Source of the DNA: Octopus bimaculoides
Lineage: Eukaryota
Direction of reading: 5' to 3'
Assembly (NCBI RefSeq): GCF_001194135.2
Contig: NC_068988.1
Coordinates: 48,956,369-48,990,069, forward strand
DNA length: 33,701 nucleotides
How positions within the stretch are numbered: the first letter of the stretch is position 1; each line of letters starts with the position of its first letter. This document shows, piece after piece, positions 24,225-33,701 of this stretch. The position numbers were made by a program, and so were the translations under genes. The notes under the pieces were generated by a model. It was not told the origin of the DNA. It ran no database searches and saw only the letters and a list, made by a program, of their open reading frames with translations.

Positions 24225-24540
24225 GTGTATGTGCACGCGCGCATGTATGTGTATGTGTGGAAGGGAGATAACTTCGAAATTTTGATTCATAAAATTAGAA
24301 TAGAGAGGAAGCAATGACTATTACTAACAGCATCTATGGACTGCAAGAATATTAACTTGCTGACAACTTGGTTTACAGTTAGAGTTCTTATATATTATTG
24401 TAAATATTGCACAATGCTTGTGGCTATGGACTGTGAAAAGGTTAGCATGTTGAGAACATGATTTACATTTAAAATGGAATACCTAATAGCCAGCAGCTAT
24501 GGATCATGGAAAACATTAGCGTTAGCATTACTTACAAGAA

Positions 24541-24544
<4 letters not shown>

Positions 24545-24608
<64 letters not shown>
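24545..24608. repeat. (GTA)n trinucleotide microsatellite
   Basis: Read directly. Confidence 0.95.
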
Positions 24609-25393
24609 CGGTGGTGGCGGCGGTGATGATGATGGTGGTGGCATTCTCGTCGNNNNNNNNNNNNNNNNNNNNNNNNNNNNNNNNNNNNNNNNNNNNNNNN
24701 NNNNNNNNNNNNNNNNNNNNNNNNNNNNNNNNNNNNNNNNNNNNNNNNNNNNNNNNNNNNNNNNNNNNNNNNNNNNNNNNNNNNNNNNNNNNNNNNNNNN
24801 NNNNNNNNNNNNNNNNNNNNNNNNNNNNNNNNNNNNNNNNNNNNNNNNNNNNNNNNNNNNNNNNNNNNNNNNNNNNNNNNNNNNNNNNNNNNNNNNNNNN
24901 NNNNNNNNNNNNNNNNNNNNNNNNNNNNNNNNNNNNNNNNNNNNNNNNNNNNNNNNNNNNNNNNNNNNNNNNNNNNNNNNNNNNNNNNNNNNNNNNNNNN
25001 NNNNNNNNNNNNNNNNNNNNNNNNNNNNNNNNNNNNNNNNNNNNNNNNNNNNNNNNNNNNNNNNNNNNNNNNNNNNNNNNNNNNNNNNNNNNNNNNNNNN
25101 NNNNNNNNNNNNNNNNNNNNNNNNNNNNNNNNNNNNNNNNNNNNNNNNNNNNNNNNNNNNNNNNNNNNNNNNNNNNNNNNNNNNNNNNNNNNNNNNNNNN
25201 NNNNNNNNNNNNNNNNNNNNNNNNNNNNNNNNNNNNNNNNNNNNNGAGAGAAGGAGGAGGAAAGAGGAGAAGTATCAACAGCTAATTCTACAAAGTACTG
25301 CCTGTAGTTGTAGTCTGCGAAAGGTTTAGCTCTTTGACAGCTGCTTTTGTAACCAGAAACTTTATGGTTGCAGCAACAGCAGTTGCTTATTTC

Positions 25394-25455
<62 letters not shown>
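25394..25455. repeat. (GTA)n trinucleotide microsatellite
   Basis: Read directly. Confidence 0.95.
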
Positions 25456-26002
25456 CATTATAGAACGTCGCCAGCAGCCGTGGTCTGAGAGGAGGTTAAC
25501 TCGGTGACAGCTGGCTTTTACAGCAAGAATATGTTATATATGTAATGGTCTATTACATCACACAGCCAGAAGTTATGGACTTGGAAAGGTTAAGGAATGG
25601 CACCATCAATGGCAGGTCATCAATTCTAAATTGTCAGTGCGCAATATTTAAACAAGATAGTGATCAAGAGAAACTTGCCACTGGAAAATTAGATATTTTC
25701 ATTCTTTCACAACCAAAAGAGAAAAGAGAAATTCAACCTTACTGAAGAATTTAACCAATACTTAAATCGGATGATATTATTTTATGTGAACTCTCTATTG
25801 TATTGTTTTGGTTCTCTTTTATTATAAGACTTTATATTGTATTTTCTGTAGTGGGAACTTCTTCTGAATTTTTAAGAATGAGGAAAAGATTTCATTTTAG
25901 TTTATTTTTCTTTAGCGTGTATGTTTGTTTGATTTCTTTTTCATTTGAGGAAAGATGCAATCTTTAGAAAAAGCCAAAAATGCAAGAGGAAGGTTCATGG
26001 AG

Positions 26003-26912
26003 GGAGAGAGAGAGAGGGAGAGAGAGACAGACAGACAGAGAGACAGAGACAGAGAGATGGAGAGAGAGAGATGGGGAGAGAGAGAGAGAAAAGTGAGTGG
26101 AGCTGTGCGTGCGCTCGTGCAGCATGTGCATTCGTGTCAAGGAGAGAATGTTAAATATGTATGTGTTTGTGTGTGTATGTTTTTTCTGAGTGTATGTATG
26201 TTTGTATGCATGTATGTATGTATGTATGCATGGACGGATGGATGGATAGATATATATATATATGTGTGTGGGTGTATTTATATGTGTATATTTGTGTATA
26301 TATATATATATATATCTATATATATATATATATATATACATACATACATACATACATANNNNNNNNNNNNNNNNNNNNNNNNNNNNNNNNNNNNNNNNNN
26401 NNNNNNNNNNNNNNNNNNNNNNNNNNNNNNNNNNNNNNNNNNNNNNNNNNNNNNNNNNNNNNNNNNNNNNNNNNNNNNNNNNNNNNNNNNNNNNNNNNNN
26501 NNNNNNNNNNNNNNNNNNNNNNNNNNNNNNNNNNNNNNNNNNNNNNNNNNNNNNNNNNNNNNNNNNNNNNNNNNNNNNNNNNNNNNNNNNNNNNNNNNNN
26601 NNNNNNNNNNNNNNNNNNNNNNNNNNNNNNNNNNNNNNNNNNNNNNNNNNNNNNNNNNNNNNNNNNNNNNNNNNNNNNNNNNNNNNNNNNNNNNNGTGTG
26701 TGTGTATGTGTATATTTATATATATGTATATATATATATATATGTGTATATTTATATATATAAATATATATGTATATATATATATATACATATTTATATA
26801 TATATATATATTTAGATATATATATATGTGTGTGTGTGTGTGTACATACAACTGTATGTGTGTGTGCATGCATGTCCGCATGCATGTGCATGTATATATG
26901 TATATATTATAA
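26003..26912. repeat. Compound (GA)n/(TG)n/(TA)n microsatellite block spanning a gap
   Basis: Low-complexity tracts on both sides of the 26359-26695 gap. Confidence 0.85.
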
Positions 26913-27105
26913 GTGAAGTGAATAAATGAATTGAAAGATATGAGAATAAACAGAAGGAATATGTGTGAGTATGTGTTTGTATATGAGCAGATGAAAGGGA
27001 CAGAAGTACTAAGATGTGGTTAGATTTTTAGAAGAGTCACATCTATCTGTCCCATCTTCGTTGAGCCCTGTGTGGTTAATGAAAGAAATGTATCTTTCTT
27101 TCTGC

Positions 27106-27181
<76 letters not shown>
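27106..27181. repeat. (AGAT)n microsatellite
   Basis: Read directly. Confidence 0.95.
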
Positions 27182-28690
27182 GAAATGAGAGAGACGTGGG
27201 GAGCAAATTGAGTTTTCAGAAGAAAAATAAATTTGGTCAGGCTGTGATACGATTACGTACGACGTGTGTGCATGCGAGAGCTCGTGTGTTTTTGTGTGTC
27301 TCCTTATGCTTTCAATGGAAGTGTGGGATGCATAGTGGAATGCTAAAATGCTAGTAAGGCAGAAACGAAAAAACTCACTGATGATTACAAACAGTTGGCT
27401 TAGCATGAAAAATCCAAGAGATAAGAAAATAGCTTCATAACAAAACAAATAATATATAAAAGAACTGCACAAGATATGGATAAATTCTGAAAGAGTTGAA
27501 ATGAGAAAAGATACAAATAGAATATAAAAAACTTTTGGTAAAAAAAATAAATGAGAACTTAAAAGACAAACATGTATATTGAAAAGAGTAAACAACTAAC
27601 ATTGTAAGAGATGTGTAGAAAAAAACGAAGAAAAGGTTTTTTATTTATATATGAAAATATGTCTGTTGATACGCCCACATATAACATCCAAAGGTACATT
27701 TTTTTCTTGCTTCTGATCAAATTGCTCATGTCACATAAATGTAAGTTTTATGTACAAAGTTGTAATGAAATTGTTGAGTATCAATTGAAACAGGTGTAAG
27801 AATTGAGTATGACCTATTTGCTAATAATAAACAATTATTGAATTCCTTATCTCTATTTTCTTTCCTTTTCTTCTTTTAAATGGATACAAACTATATGCTT
27901 TTTATATATCTATTGCTTTAAGGGAGTTTCATTCTTCAAAAGTATTAGGCATTAAACTGATATTTCATTGGATACAAACATTTCTTCACGTGGTTAATAA
28001 AGTTTACATATGTATGAAAATAAATAAAACTGAACACTGAAAATAAACTAGAGAAGAATTGGTATACACCACAATTGATATAATNNNNNNNNNNNNNNNN
28101 NNNNNNNNNNNNNNNNNNNNNNNNNNNNNNNNNNNNNNNNNNNNNNNNNNNNNNNNNNNNNNNNNNNNNNNNNNNNNNNNNNNNNNNNNNNNNNNNNNNN
28201 NNNNNNNNNNNNNNNNNNNNNNNNNNNNNNNNNNNNNNNNNNNNNNNNNNNNNNNNNNNNNNNNNNNNNNNNNNNNNNNNNNNNNNNNNNNNNNNNNNNN
28301 NNNNNNNNNNNNNNNNNNNNNNNNNNNNNNNNNNNNNNNNNNNNNNNNNNNNNNNNNNNNNNNNNNNNNNNNNNNNNNNNNNNNNNNNNNNNNNNNNNNN
28401 NNNNNNNNNNNNNNNNNNNTTTTGTATGATCGTGTATAGAGGAATATATTATTTAAAAGAGTTCCAACTCTGTTTTTTATGTTTTATTTATATTCTTATA
28501 AAATTAATGTGGGATATAGAATATGGAATATATAATATAAATAGTAAAATGAAATGAAGTATTGAATGTCTTATTGAATATATGAAATATTGATTATTAA
28601 ATATAGAGAATTAGATATATAAAGCCGAATACGTATTTTTATACCTAGTGGTATTCATCAAGGCTTTCGTCTGACAGACTGTAACAGACA

Positions 28691-28918
28691 GGTGGCGAGT
28701 TGGCAGAAACGTTAGCACGCCGGGTGAAATGCTTAGCGGTATTTCGTCTGCCGTTACTTTCTGAGTTCAAATTCCGCCGAGGTCGACTTTGCCTTTCATC
28801 CATTCGGGGGTCGATAAATCAAGTACCAGTTATGCACTGGAGTCGATTTAATCGACTTAATCCTTTTGGCTGTCTTTGTCCCCTCTATGTTTAGCCCCTC
28901 GTGGGCAATAGAGAAATA
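28691..28918 (+). mobile_element. Full-length tRNA-derived SINE, tail type A, with 14-bp target-site duplication
   Basis: A-box-like TGGCAGAAACGTTAG at 28701; B-box GTTCAAATTCC at 28765-28775; AGACTGTAACAGAC duplicated at 28676-28689 and 28919-28932. Confidence 0.95.
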
Positions 28919-30050
28919 AGACTGTAACAGACTGGCTGGTTTTTTTGTCTTTTATACCTATTCCTTTGGACAGCAGCAGTAGGTGTCTGGCTATTTTTAG
29001 AAATGATGCCAAGTTTATTTTTAGAAATGATGACATTTGAGAAATTTTTTGTGTTTTAGCTATAGGGATAAGATTTTTTAAATCCCAAGTAAGATAAATT
29101 TAATCATTGTTTGTTAAGAGTGTGTTTGAATTTCTTAATAAAGTCCTTTTCTTTGCGTTTTCTCTCAATTTCATTCAGGTTGTAAAGTTTATGGAATGGA
29201 AGTATCATAAAAGTTTCACGACTACATGTTGCCAGATGGTTACTCAGTGGTATTTGGCGGACCTCAAAAGTATAAGTTTGCAATGTCTATTTTTCTTTAT
29301 CAAACAAACAGATCATTTCTCCCTGTCAAATGAGTGGTTGTACCTTTGCACAGGATTATCAGCTATAGTTTGATAAACACTGATATTGTGTTTATGTTTA
29401 ACATTGTAAGTTTGAATCGGACGTCCAAATTATCCAAATTATATTCAAGTTAAGGTTTTTACCATTCGTATTTCCGAAACCAAAATTTGTATAAGAAATA
29501 TCCTTCAAAATACTATAATTTAGGCTCATTTATCGTATATCATATTTAATTTTCATTTCAAAAGAGAATGACAAAGCTATCAGTAGTACACAAGTACCAA
29601 TTTTTAAGTTTAATCGTATTTATGGTACACATTAGGATAAAAGAATGTTGATCAAATGAATTTCATGAAATCACCAATAATAAAAACGGAAGGAAAAAAC
29701 ATTTTAAGCGCATGAAAATTACATTTCTCAATTTCTAAGAGATGCTTCTTTTTTCTTTTAAGTAAAAATTAGTAATTTTGTAAACGAAAGTTTGCTATCA
29801 TAAACGATGTGTGAGACTGATTACTGTGTTCTGTATCAATTGTCCAATCTCACCTTTTGTTTTACCGCACTGTACGATAACTACAGATTTATTTTACGTA
29901 ATCTTCGCACAAATTAACTGGACACCAACAGGAGGGAATTTTTTTCCATAATGTTTTTTTTAGAGATACACTTTGAAATAGAAAGTATATCACACACACA
30001 CACTGCATATAAGCTTTTGTGATGCTTCTATCAATATATGCTTCAACTAG

Positions 30051-30262
30051 GGAGGCGAGCTGACAGAATCGTTGGCACCCCGGGCAAAATACTTAGCGGC
30101 ATTTCTTCTATGTTCACATTCTGAGTTCAAACTACGCCGAGGCAGTCTATTACCTTTCATCCTGAGTCGATAAAGCAAAGCCTGTTGAGAACTGGGGGTC
30201 AATGTAATCGTCTATCTTCTTAATCCAAACTTGCTGGCCGTGTTCCAAAATTTGAAATCAAT
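30051..30262 (+). mobile_element. tRNA-derived SINE, tail type B, diverged
   Basis: GGAGGCGAGCTGACAGAATCGTTGGCAC head, CTGAGTTCAAAC B-box, CCAAACTTGCTGGCCGTGTTCCAAAATTTG tail. Confidence 0.85.
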
Positions 30263-30408
30263 ATATACGGTATATCTAAACCTTCTACGTCCTTAGCTAA
30301 CTCGTCACATGAAACAAAATTCACGAATGTAATAATAATGTTCGTGCTTAACTGTTTAAGAGATCCATCGTGACCTATCGATTGAGCAAATCCTCAGACG
30401 ACCATTTG

Positions 30409-30411
<3 letters not shown>

Positions 30412-30450
<39 letters not shown>
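30412..30450. repeat. T39 homopolymer
   Basis: 39 consecutive T. Confidence 0.95.
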
Positions 30451-30454
<4 letters not shown>

Positions 30455-30994
30455 CTATAGTTTATGTAGTAAGCTTCCTAAGCATTCCTGAAATTAATTT
30501 GGAGTTTGCAAAAAAAGAAAATATACATTAATTATGGTTTATCGAATTCATATATTCATTTAAAGTAAATTTATGCATTTTTGTTATAATAAAATTACAA
30601 CACTGGCATACTGCATTATTATTTCCCAAATTTGTAACTTAGAATGACTTTCGTGAACCTGAAATTTCAACTGGTTTAGCATTAGCGCTTACGAGATAGT
30701 TACAAGAAAATTATTTAGTAGATGATTATGCAAATATATGCTCCCAAAATTTCTTTGACCAATCAAATCTTTTGATCGTCAAGGATCTGGAAGATGTGCA
30801 GAGAATATCAGAATGTAATGGAAGAATATCAAAGCATTTCTAAGGTCAACGGATAAAAAGAGAATAGAATTATGTGATGCGTACTCTAAATATTCCACTT
30901 CTAAACTAACACATTAAATTTAGTGTTCATTTTGCTTGTCTTATTACCTCAGATTTTTTCCTTTTTTTTTTTATTTTGTCAATGTATCTTCTCA

Positions 30995-32481
30995 AACTTC
31001 GAATTTCGTTGTTCGAAACTAGTGAAACGACATGCTTCGCCAGAAAAGATCTTTTAAATTATGCAGTGATAGACGTAACACAAGATTCCAGCCTCTGGAA
31101 GTAGACAAAATATCTATTTAGATGTATTGATTCAAAGTGTGTTTAGCTATGAGGTATAAGTTTTATTAAGTTCACAAAGTGCACAAATAAACACAGAGAA
31201 CATATTGTTCATTTAAATATTAACAGCTCGCCAGAGAATGCCAATCATCTCAATGCCTGCCGGAAGCATGCATGTGACAACGTGGCCAATACAACAGGGA
31301 AGTACAATTGCATCAAAGCTAAAAATACGCAACAGTGTTTAATGAAAATCTTTGCTCTATGTGTTTACTGCACATTAAATGAGTGTGGAAGCAATGCAAG
31401 TAATTGCATGCCAGAAGCAACATCATAGGTTGGAAAAATCCAGCCGATTTATAATTTCTCCAGTTCCCATTCTAAATTATGGGAATTACTTACGAATCAT
31501 ATATGCATATAAGATACAACACAGTTTACCTCTCACTGTCATTGCATTTTGCAAATCTTTTAGAAGGTGACAGGAATATCTCACTTCAAGAAATGAAGTG
31601 ATTACAATGCGAGCACTAGTAAAGAGTGTTCTTTATGCATTCATTTCGTCTGCTGGAGTTAAGCTTTGACTCGAATCCATATTTGCAAAAGAATTCATTC
31701 TTGCCACATTGGATGTGAAGGCATTTAACAGTGACAATCTCTTTGAAGATTTGATGAACATAGGAAACAAGCAAAATTACAGACTAAAGACCTGAAATGA
31801 GATCATGTGGAAAATATGAAACTCTTACATGAGATCGGGGAAGAACGTGTAAATGGAAGTTGCACCATAAGATAATACCTGACGAAATACTGTTGAAGAG
31901 AATTTTGATGAGTTGTTAGAAGAGGTTTACTCCAGGAAATCGATGATTCATGTTTTGTGTTATAATAGTGTTGCAGGACTAACTGAAGTCTTACTGTTTT
32001 AAGCAGTTGGTTGGACATTTTAATTTCTCCTAGAATACTCCTATAGGTCTAGAATGAACATGAGCTACAGAAAAAATACAAGTTTCAGTGCACATGTATC
32101 CTACTGAGATTAACGGTAAAATATTTGCGTCAGAAATGTAAAATTTACCGTCAGCACATAAAAAAAAGTTTTGGAAATTCATATCCGAATATTTTAACAT
32201 TGCTAAATTTGTTAACTGATTAGAAAAACTAGGAGATATTTCCAAATGTTTGCGTTAGTTTTAGAATACTGTTAATAATAGTTTTAGCTATAGTTGCACA
32301 AACACCAATATGTTATAGCAAACATACGAAAAATATTGTAAGGTCTCTCATATCTCAACAACGACATGTTGACTTAGCAAGACTAAGTATTGAATAACAT
32401 GTTGCCAAAGAAATTGATTTTGATAGTGTCGTTAGAAGTTTTAGAGATAAAGACGCCAGAAACATTAATTTCCTTTACTGA
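30995..32481 (+). mobile_element. Decayed hAT-superfamily transposase (ZMYM1-like; DUF4371 plus hAT dimerisation domain)
   Basis: Fragments NYAVIDVTQDSS (cf. ILDxTPDxS) and ACRKHACDNVANTTGKYNCIKAK (cf. CRGQxYDNAxNMSGKY); also KIQPIYNFSSSHSKLWELL, EIFPNVCVSFRILL and RSLISQQRHVDLARLSIE*HVAKEIDFDSVVRSF (cf. RSTMSQERLxxLAxLSIE...LDFD). Many stops and frameshifts; may extend upstream to about 30640. TIRs not found. Confidence 0.85.
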
Positions 32482-33662
32482 TTAGTTTTATCGTTACTTT
32501 GTACAAAATATATTATTATCAGATCATTCTAGTGTACAAAGAATAAAGCATATCCTCAAGTTTACAAGTGTCATATTCACAGCCTTAGATTTGCTCCAAC
32601 GTTAAATTATGCATTCAGAATCGTACAACAAATGATGTCTACCTTGTTCATATTTGATGATAAACAGATTGTTCTACAATGAAAGAAGAACCGTAACTTT
32701 AAATTTATTTTCGTGCTCTTATCTACATGCATTGAAAAGACATAAGGTCTATCCCCATTTAGACTCTAAATCTTTTATTTTGAGAGGTGAAAGTGGGCTC
32801 CGAAAATAGTAGTGTTCCGTTTTGCAAAATTACTCTTGGAAGTGTCAGTTAGGATGCATAAATATATAATCAAGTGTTTTGTAGTAGGTAGATTCACATG
32901 AACTTAGGAAGTACAATTTTAGTTCATCTTACCACGATATTCATTACTTAGAGTGAACAAGGTAATAGGCGCAATGAATATTCGCTGCCGCGAATTAAGC
33001 AAACGGTAATAATGCGCTGAATATTATATTGATGGATTTCTATGTCATATTTTCCGGTTTACCAATAAATGAAGTCAAGATTGAGTGTTAGGAAAAGAAC
33101 TTAGAGAGGAACAGAAAGAGTTGCAGAGGCATAAAAAGAGTGTGAGCGAAAAATATGGGGTCATTAACAGAAGAGAGTGATAGAGATATTCAGGAAGTGC
33201 TTGGCAAAAAATAGTGAGCCAAAAGCACATAGAGAGAAAGAATGACAATATGAGAAATCGACAAACAGCAATACGAACTGTGAAAAGTACAATAGCCAAT
33301 ATAATTGAGTGTGATGTATTACATCTTCAATGTCTCTAGAGATGCTGTATACGTATTTGTCTACTAATTTTTCATTTTTGTGACATTATTTTTCATTTTT
33401 CCTTATTCTATTGCTTAATAATTATAAGTCCCAGTTGGAGGATATATTGGGCACTCCACGATGAAATAATGATGATCATTAAAAATAAGATAGCTTATCG
33501 GTTTACTGGTTGGTTCATAGACCACTGTACTATAATACTGGATTCTCTACACAGGTAGAGGAAGAGAGGAAGAGAAGAAAACAAACGCATACATCACACA
33601 CATATAAACATATATATATATATATGTGTATATATATATATATATATGCATACACAATATAA

Positions 33663-33701
<39 letters not shown>

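Noticed and set aside
22300-25630. Additional minus-strand exon candidates (e.g. IDDLPLMVPFLNLSK, DLIYWSLCYAQN, LKSTKRLLGLLTEG)
   Set aside because: Splice sites are weak, or several mutually incompatible phase combinations are possible; no unique model is supportable.
27359-27540. Possible LINE ORF2 relic on the plus strand
   Set aside because: Only vague compositional resemblance, many stops, and no RT or endonuclease motif.
27020-27595. 191-aa minus-strand hydrophobic ORF
   Set aside because: It is the T-rich complement of an A-rich tract plus a (TATC)n repeat; the composition bias explains both the openness and the hydrophobicity.
28691-28780. tRNA genes
   Set aside because: The A/B-box heads run into SINE bodies and tails; no complete cloverleaf could be supported.
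30031-30266. TCAATATAT as a TSD of the 30051 SINE
   Set aside because: The left copy is separated from the element by about 11 nt and the motif is low complexity.
82-33701. Most long ORFs in the supplied track (YI/HT/CV/LS/V runs, X runs)
   Set aside because: They are translations of microsatellites or N-gaps, which lack stop codons trivially.

Overview
Eukaryotic, AT-rich, repeat-dense scaffold with 13 N-gaps: 750-942, 2067-2399, 3530-3790, 5295-5841, 7746-7920, 14756-14765, 15905-16100, 18439-18631, 20056-20186, 23701-24149, 24653-25245, 26359-26695 and 28085-28419. Most gaps are flanked by microsatellites. The dense (TA)n/(CA)n/(GATA)n/(GTA)n tracts and the tRNA-derived SINEs match my recollection of Octopus (cephalopod) DNA; this is an inference, not a database result. 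Well supported: about 9 SINE copies in 3 structural types, a decayed Tc1/mariner transposase with DD41D spacing, a decayed ZMYM1-like hAT transposase, a ~32-bp minisatellite, and a GC-rich frameshifted ORF of unknown family. Less certain: a chain of short, phase-compatible minus-strand exons (20.6 kb to 4.5 kb) that splices into a plausible ~113-aa protein C-terminus I cannot name. Also less certain: a CpG-rich, promoter-like region at 15.1-16.4 kb carrying three copies of a 27-bp bipartite motif, two of them inverted. No prokaryote-type system is present (no CRISPR, no operon), and most ORFs in the supplied track are microsatellite or gap artefacts.
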